From an uncultured Erysipelotrichaceae bacterium (GTDB lineage Bacteria > Bacillota_I > Bacilli_A > Erysipelotrichales > Erysipelotrichaceae): a stretch of DNA of 11,444 nt. Below are positions 1 through 7,994 of this stretch, piece by piece; position 1 is the first letter of the stretch; each line of letters starts with the position of its first letter. A program made the translations under genes and the position numbers. The stretch is taken from positions 1-11,444 of the forward strand of contig CAYWGS010000047.1 in assembly GCA_964457525.1 (NCBI GenBank). The letters run 5' to 3'. Under the pieces are notes generated by a model, which did not search any database, was not told the origin of the DNA, and was given only the letters and a program-made list of their open reading frames with translations.

Positions 1-5
1 TAATA

Positions 6-371
6 ATGATTTTTCAGGATAATAAGTTTAAGGTTCTACAGTCTAGTTTAGATGCTTTATGGATTAAGCAAAAGGTCATTACAAACAACATAGCGAATTA
101 TGAAACGCCGGGCTTTAAAGCAAGTCGGGTGTCTTTTAACAATGTTTTAAGGCAAACGATTGAAAATGGTGTTTTAAAAGAAAAGAATATGTTGGAAGTT
201 GATATAAAGAAGGATCAAAGTTTCAGTAGTCGACTGGATGGAAACAATGTTGATATTGAAAAAGAACAACTAGAGATGTGGGATACTTATGCACAATATA
301 CCTACTTAAGTCAAAATATCTCAAAAAAATTACAAAACATGAGTTATGTCATTAATAACACAGGGAAATAG
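6..371 (+). CDS. flgB: Flagellar basal-body rod protein FlgB
   Basis: 121 aa. It has the canonical N-terminal rod motif (ITNNIANYETPGFKA) and a C-terminal 'GNNVDIEKEQLEM...' segment typical of FlgB. It is first in a flgB-flgC-fliE-fliF series. Stop is TAG at 369-371. Confidence 0.92.
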   Translation: MIFQDNKFKVLQSSLDALWIKQKVITNNIANYETPGFKASRVSFNNVLRQTIENGVLKEKNMLEVDIKKDQSFSSRLDGNNVDIEKEQLEMWDTYAQYTYLSQNISKKLQNMSYVINNTGK

Positions 372-379
372 GGGGGCTT

Positions 380-820
380 ATGTCATTTCTTGATACATTA
401 AAAATTACGGGATCAGCCTTAACTGCTTCACGAATAAGCGAGGATACGAATAATCAGAATCTTCCGGATATTTTCACGACTCTTACTGAAGAGGTTGGTG
501 CTTATCGTAGGAAACTAGTTGTCCTAAAGGAACAAGAACTAAGTTTCGAGAATGTTCTTAATCAATCAATAAGTAAATCCAAGAAGAAAAATGGCGGTGT
601 CATTGTGTCAGAGATTGTGGAAAGTGATAATCCTTTCATCCCTGTATACAATCCTAATCATCCGGATGCGGATGAGAATGGATATGTCATGATGCCAAAT
701 GTTAATAGCAGTGAAGAACAAGTAGATTTAATGGCCGCAACACGTGCATATGAAGCCAATCTGACCGCTCTAAATGTGGTCAAGACGATGGCGATGAAAG
801 CACTAGAAATAGGAAAATAG
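380..820 (+). CDS. flgC: Flagellar basal-body rod protein FlgC (atypical N-terminal motif)
   Basis: 146 aa. It has 'AYRRK' after the N-terminal helix and a canonical C-terminus (HPDADENGYVMMPNVN...EEQVDLMAATRAYEANLTALNVVKTMAMKALEIGK). The G-rich SD (GGGGGG, 371-376) lies 3 nt upstream of the ATG. Position after flgB supports the call. Confidence 0.88.
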   Translation: MSFLDTLKITGSALTASRISEDTNNQNLPDIFTTLTEEVGAYRRKLVVLKEQELSFENVLNQSISKSKKKNGGVIVSEIVESDNPFIPVYNPNHPDADENGYVMMPNVNSSEEQVDLMAATRAYEANLTALNVVKTMAMKALEIGK

Positions 821-822
821 TT

Positions 823-1122
823 ATGAGCATGTTTATTGTACCTATCACACCACTTAATGTTAGTACTGAGATTCAACCAAAGAATAATACTTTAGAGAGT
901 GCCAGTGGATTTCAAACAATTTTCGACGACTTAATTACACAAGCAAGAGAAACACAGGAAGTTGCGAATCAAGATTCGATGAATCTAGCTCTAGGTCAAA
1001 CGGATGATTTGCATACGATTATGATTAATGCGGAAAAAGCAGCGATTGCGCTCGAATTAACTGTTCAAGTGACCAGTAAAGCGATAAATGCCTACAACGA
1101 AATTATGCGGATGCAGTTTTAG
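823..1122 (+). CDS. fliE: Flagellar hook-basal body complex protein FliE
   Basis: 99 aa. The C-terminal 'DLHTIMINAEKAAIALELTVQVTSKAINAYNEIMRMQF' matches the conserved FliE core (...V.....A......Q VRNK...AYQEIMRMQ-like). Position between flgC and fliF supports the call. Confidence 0.88.
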   Translation: MSMFIVPITPLNVSTEIQPKNNTLESASGFQTIFDDLITQARETQEVANQDSMNLALGQTDDLHTIMINAEKAAIALELTVQVTSKAINAYNEIMRMQF

Positions 1123-1141
1123 CTAGAAAGTTAGGATACAC

Positions 1142-1894
1142 ATGGAACAGCAAATCAAGAAGGCTTTTTTTCAGGCTCAAGAATATTGGAAAAAACAGTC
1201 TAAGAAAGTCAAATCAACCATAATAATTACATTGATTGGGGTACTTGTTTTCTCTATTGGAGTACCACTTCTATTACGCTGGAATGCTGAATCAAAATAT
1301 AGCATTTTATATCAAGGATTATCGACTCAAGAACAAGGTGAAATATACCTTGTTTTAAGTGAGTTAAATATACCTGCCACAACAAACACTGAAGGTGAGT
1401 TGATGGTTTTAAGCAAAGATGTGAATCAAATAAAACTGAAGTTAAGCTCAATGGGTTATCCTAAAACAGCACTTAGTTACAGTGTATTTACCTCTAATGC
1501 AGGTTTTATGGCTACTGAGCTAGAGAAGAAACAATATCTCGTAATCGATCTTCAAGCACGATTAGAAGAAACATTAAGACAAATTGAAGGGGTACGATCA
1601 GCCATTGTAACCTTAAACATACCTAATGAATCAAACTATGTATGGCAAACGAATCAAAATCAAGGAAGTGCTTCTGTACTACTTGAACTCAATGCGACTA
1701 ATACACTTGATCCAAAAATGGTTCATGGCATAAAAAACTTAGTCGCATCTTCTGTGCTTCAAATGGATAGTAGTCGAGTTATTGTAGTAGATGCATCAAC
1801 AGGTGCTGAACTTGCGGCTTCATCGGGTGAATCGAATTTAGAAGGTAATTTTTTACAAATTCAATTTGAAGATGAAATTGAAGCAAGAATGTAA
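1142..1894 (+). CDS. fliF: Flagellar MS-ring protein FliF, N-terminal fragment (ends at in-frame TAA 1892-1894)
   Basis: 250 aa. It has an N-terminal TM helix (IIITLIGVLVFSIGVPLLL) followed by YscJ/FliF-type ring-building region motifs (YSILYQGLS...IPATTNTEG...GYPK). The ORF stops at TAA, but the FliF homology continues in the same frame 18 nt downstream. Confidence 0.85.
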   Translation: MEQQIKKAFFQAQEYWKKQSKKVKSTIIITLIGVLVFSIGVPLLLRWNAESKYSILYQGLSTQEQGEIYLVLSELNIPATTNTEGELMVLSKDVNQIKLKLSSMGYPKTALSYSVFTSNAGFMATELEKKQYLVIDLQARLEETLRQIEGVRSAIVTLNIPNESNYVWQTNQNQGSASVLLELNATNTLDPKMVHGIKNLVASSVLQMDSSRVIVVDASTGAELAASSGESNLEGNFLQIQFEDEIEARM

Positions 1895-1912
1895 GAGAAA
1901 ATCTTAAATCTA

Positions 1913-2692
1913 ATGGTCATGCCATATGGATATGAAAATATTCGAGTTAGTGTGAGTGTTGTGATTGATTATGACAAGATGTTGTCCGAAGAAATGGAAT
2001 ACATTCCTACTGTTGATGGAAAAGGTGTGATCCAAAGTTTAGAAGAATGGTATGCCAATGGTAAAGGTGGGCCTACTAATTCGACTGCTGAAGGGGTTGC
2101 AGGTGAAGACAGTAATACAGATGTTCCTACATATCAATCATCGGATTCGGATACGACTGAGGGTGAAACATCCTACACAGCTGAATATCTAGTAAGTTAT
2201 ATAAAGCGTCAAATTGAAAAGAACAATGCGGAACTTAAATCCGCAACAGTATCCGTCGTTATAAATAATCAAGATTTAACAACCAATGAAATAGAGACAT
2301 GGACTAAAACAATTGCGAAAGCAGTCAATGTCGCAGAGACGGATGTCATGGTACATAACGTTAAAAGTGAAACAAATGACCCAATTATTATCGATGCGAA
2401 TGGTATCGATCCAGTTCTACTCTATGCAATTGTTGGAGGAACAGGATTGGTATTGTTGATTGTGGTTGTTGTGTTAGTAATTTTATTACGTAAAAAGAAA
2501 CGAAATAAACAAGCAGAAGCAGAAATTGAAGAAAGTCTTCAAAAGGAAATTAAAGAAAGAAGTAAACCGATTGTTCCTGCACGACAAACAGATCCTAGTG
2601 TCGCAACCCTCGAAAACATACAAAACTTTACACAAGAGAATCCAGAAATAACAGCGAACTTAATTCGTGAGATGTTAAAGGAGGATGAATAA
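1913..2692 (+). CDS. fliF: Flagellar MS-ring protein FliF, C-terminal fragment (same frame as 1142..1894)
   Basis: 259 aa. It contains 'PYGYENIRVSVSVVIDYD' (the FliF P-x-G-x-x-N-V-R-V motif region), a second TM helix (LLYAIVGGTGLVLLIVVVVLVILL) and a cytoplasmic FliG-binding tail (ENPEITANLIREMLKEDE). There is no convincing SD before ATG 1913 or 1919. Positions 1142 and 1913 are both congruent to 2 mod 3, so the two ORFs share a frame. Confidence 0.85.
   Translation: MVMPYGYENIRVSVSVVIDYDKMLSEEMEYIPTVDGKGVIQSLEEWYANGKGGPTNSTAEGVAGEDSNTDVPTYQSSDSDTTEGETSYTAEYLVSYIKRQIEKNNAELKSATVSVVINNQDLTTNEIETWTKTIAKAVNVAETDVMVHNVKSETNDPIIIDANGIDPVLLYAIVGGTGLVLLIVVVVLVILLRKKKRNKQAEAEIEESLQKEIKERSKPIVPARQTDPSVATLENIQNFTQENPEITANLIREMLKEDE
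2677..2684 (+). promoter_or_regulatory. Shine-Dalgarno sequence (AAAGGAGG) for fliG
   Basis: A perfect AAAGGAGG lies 7 nt upstream of ATG 2692, inside the end of fliF. The TAATG stop/start overlap indicates translational coupling. Confidence 0.7.
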
Positions 2693-3699
2693 TGGCAACA
2701 AGTAATCTTAGTGCGACACAACGTGCATCAGCTCTACTTATTACCTTAGGTCCTGAACGTGCTGCGAAAGTATTTAAGCATTTATCGGATACAGAAATAG
2801 AACGATTATCTCTTGAAATATCAAAGTTAAGACGAATTGATTCTCGTGAAATGGATGAGATAATCGAAGATTTCTATGGCTTATGTGTCACTCAGAAAGT
2901 GATTACAGAAGGCGGTTTCTTCCAAGCAAAAGAAATCTTAGAGAAAGCCTTTGGTACACAATTAGCTTCCTCTTATATGGAGCGTGTTTCACGGTCACTT
3001 AGAGTAAAAACATTCGATTTTATTCGTAAAGTTGATTATAAAAATCTACTTGCTGTATTACAAAACGAACACCCGCAGACTGTAGCGGTCGTTTTGTCGT
3101 ATGCAGCCGCAAATCAATCCTCACAAATTCTTTCAGAACTCTCAAAAGAGAAACGTGTTGAAGTTATTGAGAGAATAGCTAAGTTAGAAAATCCACATCC
3201 AGAACTACTTAAAGTTCTTGAGAAAACGCTTGAGAGTAAACTCTCCACAATGATTACGCTTGAATCACAAGAAATCGGTGGTGTACATCATGTGGCAGAT
3301 ATTATGAATCGAGTTGAACGCGGTGTTGAGAAACATGTATTTGATGAATTAAATCTCAAGAACCCAGATTTAGTACAAAAAATTCGCGAACAAATGTTTG
3401 TATTCGAAGATATTGTTACCTTGGACGATGTGGCTGTTCAACTCTTTATTCGTGAAGTCGATACAAAAGATCTTGCGGTTGCCCTCAAAGTCGCAAACAG
3501 CGAAGTTAGTGAAACTATCTTTAGAAACATGTCAACACGTATGCAAGAGACTATACAATCCGATATGGAATACCTTAAGAATTTACGTATGTCTGATGTT
3601 GAAAAGGCTCAACAACGTATCGTTGCTGTCATTCGTCGCTTAGAGGAAGAAGGAACCTTAGTCATTAACAAGGGTGGTAAAGACGATGTCATTATCTAG
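2692..3699 (+). CDS. fliG: Flagellar motor switch protein FliG
   Basis: 335 aa. The N-terminal 'QRASALLITLGPERAAKVFKHLSDTEIERLSLEI' and the C-terminal torque-helix region 'FEDIVTLDD...IREVDTKDLAVALK...FRNMSTRMQETIQSDMEYL...VEKAQQRIVAVIRRLEEEG' are canonical FliG. Confidence 0.95.
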   Translation: MATSNLSATQRASALLITLGPERAAKVFKHLSDTEIERLSLEISKLRRIDSREMDEIIEDFYGLCVTQKVITEGGFFQAKEILEKAFGTQLASSYMERVSRSLRVKTFDFIRKVDYKNLLAVLQNEHPQTVAVVLSYAAANQSSQILSELSKEKRVEVIERIAKLENPHPELLKVLEKTLESKLSTMITLESQEIGGVHHVADIMNRVERGVEKHVFDELNLKNPDLVQKIREQMFVFEDIVTLDDVAVQLFIREVDTKDLAVALKVANSEVSETIFRNMSTRMQETIQSDMEYLKNLRMSDVEKAQQRIVAVIRRLEEEGTLVINKGGKDDVII

Positions 3700-4396
3700 A
3701 GTTGTTAAGAAACCAAGTAATGTTGTCTTTAATGAAATTGTTCAAATTAAGGACAATCAAAGAATAATCGATCCAATCTATGAAACAAATATTTCAATAG
3801 ATCCCAATGATTTAATTATCGATGCACAAACAGAAGCAAGTCGTATTCTAGATGAAGCAAAAGCAAAGATTGCGATGATGCAAAGAGAATTTGATGAAAA
3901 GTGTCAATTAACATTCGATCAAATTAAACAAGAAGCTTTCAAACAAGGTAAAGAAGAAGCATTAAGCTTATACAAAGAGAATGCGAGTCATCAATTAAAT
4001 CGTATTTGTGATGCGTTAATCGAATTAGATAAAGAACGCAATGATCAAGTAAAGATACAACTTGATGGTCTTGAATCAAAAATGATGAACATGTGTTTGG
4101 AGATTACTTCCAAAGTTCTAAGGCAACAAGTCAATTTAGATTCATCCATCTTAAAGCCTTTAATTCTTGATGAACTTAATCAACGTCAAAATCAGAACAT
4201 TCGAAAAGTTGAAGTCAGTCAAAAAGCTGTTCAATTATTGGAAGAGTTAAGAACAGAACTAACCAAGAATCAGATAAATCTCGTGGGTATTGATGAGTCG
4301 ATCGACACGATAAGAATTGAAGGAGACATGGGTCAATACGATTTATCCATTGAAACCCAGTTAAGAAATTTACGTCGCTTATTTAACACACTTTAG
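3686..4396 (+). CDS. fliH: Flagellar export apparatus protein FliH (FliI regulator)
   Basis: About 236 aa and coiled-coil rich (AQTEASRILDEAKAKIAMMQREFDEK...), with a FliH/V-ATPase-E-like layout. It lies directly between fliG and fliI. I prefer ATG 3686, with AGGGTGG at 3671-3677 as its SD, over the ORF-track GTG at 3674. The start remains uncertain by 12 nt. Confidence 0.8.
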   Translation: MSLSRVVKKPSNVVFNEIVQIKDNQRIIDPIYETNISIDPNDLIIDAQTEASRILDEAKAKIAMMQREFDEKCQLTFDQIKQEAFKQGKEEALSLYKENASHQLNRICDALIELDKERNDQVKIQLDGLESKMMNMCLEITSKVLRQQVNLDSSILKPLILDELNQRQNQNIRKVEVSQKAVQLLEELRTELTKNQINLVGIDESIDTIRIEGDMGQYDLSIETQLRNLRRLFNTL

Positions 4397-4403
4397 AGGA
4401 CTT

Positions 4404-5705
4404 ATGGAAAAAATCCAACATATTTTAAAAAATGAATCACTGGGAACTTACGTCGGTAAAATCACCAAAATTGTTGGATTAAGAATTGAGTCTAACGGTC
4501 CTTTAAGCAAGATTGGTGATATCTGTGAAATCGAATCACTTGATAAAACACAAACAGTACTTGCGGAAGTAGTCGGTGTAGAAGGACTCAATGTCTATTT
4601 ATTGCCTTATACCGATCTCGAAGGAATCGGTTTTGGAAGTAAAGTAACAAACCTCAATCATGTACTCGAAATACCTGTTGGTAAAAATATGTTGGGAAGA
4701 ATCGTAGATCCACTCGGTCGTCCAATTGATGGACGTGGAGAGATTGAGACAAGAGAAGTTTATTCTGTTAAAGGAACACGAATTAATCCATTCGAAAGAC
4801 CACGTATACAAGAGATATTATCCCTTGGAGTGCGATCCATTGATTCATTGCTTACTATGGGTAAAGGACAACGTTGTGGCATATTTGCGGGTAGTGGAGT
4901 TGGTAAATCAACACTCATGGGAATGATTGCTCGAAATGTAAAAGCGGATATCAATGTGATTGCGCTTGTTGGAGAGCGTGGAAGAGAAGTCAATGAATTT
5001 ATAGAAAAAGACTTAGGACCAGAAGGTTTAGCAAGGTCGATTGTGGTTGTTGCGACATCCGATGAGTCCGCAATGATGCGCAGTAAATGTGCTCTAAGTG
5101 CTACGACGATTGCGGAATATTTTAGAGATCAAGGACTGGATGTTCTACTTATGATGGATTCCTTAACGCGTTTTGCGATGGCAGAGCGTGAAATTGGATT
5201 AAGTGTTGGGGAATCTCCCATTGCAAGAGGTTATACACCTTCCATCTACACTGCTTTACCTAAACTCTTAGAGAGAGCAGGAAATACCCAAAAAGGTTCA
5301 ATCACCGGTCTATATACTGTATTAGTTGAAGGTGATGACTCGAATGAGCCAATCTCAGATACGGTTCGCGGAATAATTGATGGACATATTATGTTATCAC
5401 GCAAAATTGCGATGAAGAATCATTATCCAGCCATTGATATCCTTGCGAGTATCTCTCGACTTATGAGTGATATTGCAACCGATCAACATAAGAAGATGGC
5501 AAGTAAAATAAGACAACTTATGGCTATTTATCAAGAAAATGAAGATCTATTGTCCATTGGTGCATATAAATCAGGAAGTAATCCAAGTTTAGATGAATCC
5601 ATCAAAAAAATTCAATCAATTAATCGATTCTTAGTCCAAGAAGTATCTGAAGTATCAAGTTTCGATGAAAGTATTAAGTCCATGGAAAATGTCCTTAAAA
5701 CATGA
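4404..5705 (+). CDS. fliI: Flagellum-specific type III export ATPase FliI
   Basis: 433 aa. It has Walker A 'GIFAGSGVGKSTLMGMI', Walker B 'DVLLMMDSLTRFAMAEREI', and 'GSITGLYTVLVEGDDSNEPISD' and 'HYPAIDILASISR' motifs typical of FliI/F1-beta-like ATPases. Confidence 0.97.
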   Translation: MEKIQHILKNESLGTYVGKITKIVGLRIESNGPLSKIGDICEIESLDKTQTVLAEVVGVEGLNVYLLPYTDLEGIGFGSKVTNLNHVLEIPVGKNMLGRIVDPLGRPIDGRGEIETREVYSVKGTRINPFERPRIQEILSLGVRSIDSLLTMGKGQRCGIFAGSGVGKSTLMGMIARNVKADINVIALVGERGREVNEFIEKDLGPEGLARSIVVVATSDESAMMRSKCALSATTIAEYFRDQGLDVLLMMDSLTRFAMAEREIGLSVGESPIARGYTPSIYTALPKLLERAGNTQKGSITGLYTVLVEGDDSNEPISDTVRGIIDGHIMLSRKIAMKNHYPAIDILASISRLMSDIATDQHKKMASKIRQLMAIYQENEDLLSIGAYKSGSNPSLDESIKKIQSINRFLVQEVSEVSSFDESIKSMENVLKT

Positions 5706-6145
5706 AGAAGTATCAATTCCAACTTGAAAAAGTATTAAAAGTAAAAACGATTGAATTAGATCAACTCCTAGTAAGACTCAATGAAATTCGATATGAAATT
5801 AAAAAGATAGAAGATAGAATCATTGAACTGAATGAGATGGAAGTAAAACTTCACAAGGAATACTTAACAAAAGTACAAACTTATTTAATGGGTACAGAAA
5901 TTAAACAATACAACTTTCAGAAACAGATGATTGAGTACCAGATTAAGCAACTAAAACTGAGTTTAATTGAACTCAAATTAAGAGAAAAGAATCAATTAGA
6001 TAAGGTTGTAGAGAAGAAAAAAGAAGAAAATATGCTCAAGAAGTTAGATGAGAAATTATATTCGGAATACTTAGGAGAAGCAAATAAAAAAGAGAATCAA
6101 AGACTCGATGAAATGCTTGTTCTAAAAATGATTCAAAAGGGTTAA
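5702..6145 (+). CDS. fliJ: Flagellar export chaperone/stalk protein FliJ
   Basis: 147 aa. It opens with 'KYQFQLEKVLKVK' (typical FliJ opening F-x-L-x-x-V-L) and is an all-helical coiled coil. An ATGA overlap joins it to the fliI stop. Position after fliI supports the call. Confidence 0.78.
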   Translation: MKKYQFQLEKVLKVKTIELDQLLVRLNEIRYEIKKIEDRIIELNEMEVKLHKEYLTKVQTYLMGTEIKQYNFQKQMIEYQIKQLKLSLIELKLREKNQLDKVVEKKKEENMLKKLDEKLYSEYLGEANKKENQRLDEMLVLKMIQKG

Positions 6146-6174
6146 ACATTAACATGGTTAATGGATATACACAG

Positions 6175-6182
6175 AAAGGAGG
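6175..6182 (+). promoter_or_regulatory. Shine-Dalgarno sequence (AAAGGAGG) for the fliK-like gene
   Basis: AAAGGAGG lies 5 nt upstream of ATG 6188. This supports 6188 rather than 6161 as the true start. Confidence 0.7.
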
Positions 6183-6187
6183 TAAAT

Positions 6188-7183
6188 ATGCAAAACTTAC
6201 AAGTCATGAGTGAGATGTTACTGAAACCAGTACAAGGGAAAGCGAATACGACACAGATTCAAAGTTTAGAAAATGTATTCTTAGAAATCTTGACAATGAT
6301 GAGTGAAACTTCTGTCGATTCAGAAAAGTCAGTTGAGATAACACATGAAAACATTCCAAAAAAACAAGAAGATACTGTTTCAAATGAGCTTAGTCAAGTC
6401 ATTTCATTGGTTCAAATGTTGATTCCAAATCAAGTTAATCAACTGAATCCTGAAGTTAAATTATCTGAGAATTTGATAACTCAAAGCGATGTCAAAATTG
6501 ATGTTCCAATTCAATCAAAATCTATCCTAAATAACGTAATTCACGAAACGAATGTAAATGTTGAAGAGAATGTTGAATTTAAACTCATTGATATACCGAT
6601 TAATGAAAAAATTGTGATTGAAACAATAAAACCAGACGAAATTGAGACGCATTATAAAGTTCTAAATCAAGTAACTCCACATAAAGTCAAACAAAAAAGA
6701 GAAGAACTTGTACAAGAAAATCCAACACCACTATTAAAAACATTCGATCATAAACAAGAGTTGAAGTTAAAAGATGTGGAATACGTTCAGTTCAAACAAT
6801 CGATGGATGAAATGAAGTCAGTACTTGAACAAGTTATTCAGAAGAATGATGATCAAACAATTGTATTTAAACTTAAACCTGAAGGATTAGCTGAAATTGT
6901 AATTAAGTTTGAATCAAAAATGGGAAAAGTAGTGCTCGATATATCAACACCCAATCGTATCGTTGAGAAATTGATACAGAAAGAACTACCGGTCTTAAGA
7001 GAAAACTTAAAGTCATATCAGATGGAAGTAAATCTAAATGAGATGAGTTACAAACAGTCTTCTGATCAATCAAATCAACAGAAATATGATCAACAGAAGA
7101 TTTATCGTTTGAATGAAGAAGAAGTGATTGAAGATGAGTGGGTATATCATCCACAGAACTTAGGTTTTTACACCTATGTTTAG
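6188..7183 (+). CDS. fliK: Flagellar hook-length control protein (FliK-like)
   Basis: About 331 aa. The N-terminal two-thirds is poorly conserved and polar. The C-terminal segment 'IVFKLKPEGLAEIVIKFESKMGKVVLDISTPNRIVEKLIQKELPVLRENLKSYQMEV' fits the Flg_hook/FliK C-terminal domain pattern (L-x-L-x-P-x-x-L-G-x-[IV]-x-[IV]...). Position between fliJ and flgD supports the call. Confidence 0.72.
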   Translation: MQNLQVMSEMLLKPVQGKANTTQIQSLENVFLEILTMMSETSVDSEKSVEITHENIPKKQEDTVSNELSQVISLVQMLIPNQVNQLNPEVKLSENLITQSDVKIDVPIQSKSILNNVIHETNVNVEENVEFKLIDIPINEKIVIETIKPDEIETHYKVLNQVTPHKVKQKREELVQENPTPLLKTFDHKQELKLKDVEYVQFKQSMDEMKSVLEQVIQKNDDQTIVFKLKPEGLAEIVIKFESKMGKVVLDISTPNRIVEKLIQKELPVLRENLKSYQMEVNLNEMSYKQSSDQSNQQKYDQQKIYRLNEEEVIEDEWVYHPQNLGFYTYV

Positions 7184-7191
7184 GAGAATAA

Positions 7192-7599
7192 ATGACAATT
7201 AATAAAACAAATAGTGTAGCTGGCACAAATTCATGGTTTGAAGAAAGTAAAGATCAAGTATCCGTTGAGAACTTCTTAGAACTCATGGTAGCTCAATTAA
7301 AGAATCAAGACTTTACGAATCCAGTAGATGACACACAATACATTGCTCAACTTGCACAATTTGCGACGATGCAATCAATGAAAGAACTGAATTATTACTC
7401 ACAATCCAACTACGTAATTTCAATGGTGGGAAAAGAAGTAACCGCATCAAAACTATCGGTGGGTGGAAAACTTGAGACTGTAACTGGAGTTGTTACAAAA
7501 GTTAGCTTGGTTGATAATCAATTCGCGGTATTTGTTGGAGATGAGATGTTCAGTTTAAGCCAGATTATGGAAATTAGACAAGTCAGTGAAAATGGCTAG
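7192..7599 (+). CDS. flgD: Flagellar hook assembly/capping protein FlgD
   Basis: 135 aa. 'FLELMVAQLKNQDFTNPVDDTQYIAQLAQFATMQSMKEL' is the conserved FlgD N-terminal motif. SD TAGGAGA lies upstream. Confidence 0.9.
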   Translation: MTINKTNSVAGTNSWFEESKDQVSVENFLELMVAQLKNQDFTNPVDDTQYIAQLAQFATMQSMKELNYYSQSNYVISMVGKEVTASKLSVGGKLETVTGVVTKVSLVDNQFAVFVGDEMFSLSQIMEIRQVSENG

Positions 7600-7607
7600 G
7601 AGAAAGT

Positions 7608-7994
7608 ATGAGTGATCCAATTTACGATTTAAAAATACGATCGTTGACACAAGCAACTCAATCATCAAGTAAAACTCCTGAAAAGGAAATCAAAGGCGAT
7701 TCGTTTAGTTCAATTATCGAACAGAAAATACGAGAAAACAGTCAAATTGAATTCTCAAAACATGCGATTAAACGTGTTGTTGAAAGAGAAATTGATTTGA
7801 GTACCAATCAATTAGAACGATTGAATTATGGTGTTCAATTAGCGAGCCAAAAGGGCTTAAATGAACCGCTCATTCTGATTGATAAAACCGCTTTTGTTGT
7901 TAATGTATCCAACAACAAAGTCATAACAACCGTTAATGAGGATGCATTAGTAGGAAATGTATTTACGAATATCGATGGAGCCGTCATCGTTTAG
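7608..7994 (+). CDS. Small conserved flagellar-operon protein of unknown function (TIGR02530-like family found between flgD and flgE in Firmicutes)
   Basis: 128 aa. It contains 'FSKHAIKRVVEREIDLS', resembling the F-S-x-H-A-x-x-R-L-x-x-R motif of that family. The SD is strong (TAGGAGAAAG). The flgD-X-flgE position is characteristic. The family assignment is from memory, not from a search. Confidence 0.65.
   Translation: MSDPIYDLKIRSLTQATQSSSKTPEKEIKGDSFSSIIEQKIRENSQIEFSKHAIKRVVEREIDLSTNQLERLNYGVQLASQKGLNEPLILIDKTAFVVNVSNNKVITTVNEDALVGNVFTNIDGAVIV

Noticed and set aside
371-376. A G6 homopolymer between flgB and flgC, and A7/T7 runs inside fliF (1165-1171), fliI and fliK, as possible slipped-strand phase-variation switches.
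   Set aside because: The G-run is the flgC Shine-Dalgarno sequence, and a length change would not alter the reading frame or the distance from its 3' edge to the ATG. A/T runs of 6-8 nt are expected in AT-rich DNA, and all are currently in frame.
1892-1894. TAA might be a reassigned sense codon (an alternative genetic code). That would heal fliF, and it would also fuse fliJ in frame to the fliK-like ORF, since 5702 and 6161 share a frame across TAA 6143-6145.
   Set aside because: About 3,700 well-supported codons in this AT-rich window contain no other in-frame TAA. A usable AT-only sense codon would be frequent. The fliJ/fliK frame match has a one-in-three chance expectation, and fliK has its own strong SD (AAAGGAGG) at 6175-6182. 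No bacterial TAA reassignment is established.
3674-3685. The upstream ORF-track starts: GTG 3674 for fliH and ATG 6161 for the fliK-like gene.
   Set aside because: The downstream ATGs at 3686 and 6188 sit at proper spacing from SD-like sequences (AGGGTGG at 3671-3677 and AAAGGAGG at 6175-6182). The upstream starts would place the SD inside the coding sequence. This is not proven, and the starts remain uncertain by 12 nt and 27 nt respectively.
4760-4993. Embedded or antisense ORFs from the six-frame track: 658..876(-), 1254..1451(-), 2539..2721(-), 3398..3643(+), 4599..4811(-), 4726..4926(+), 4760..4993(-), 6903..7226(-), 8198..9045(-, four ORFs), 9388..9681(-), 10015..10293(-).
   Set aside because: All lie entirely inside strongly supported + strand flagellar genes. 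They lack Shine-Dalgarno sequences, have odd composition (Cys/His/Leu/Ser-rich) and show no recognisable motifs. This is the usual shadow-ORF artefact.
5703-5705. TGA might encode Trp (Mollicutes-type code 4), because TGA is used as a stop only once, and reading through it would extend FliI by only 11 codons to a TAA.
   Set aside because: No gene in the window contains an in-frame TGA. Trp is encoded by TGG wherever I checked (for example 'tta tgg att' in flgB and 'gaa tgg ttg' in motB). The ATGA overlap with fliJ is a classic coupled stop and start.
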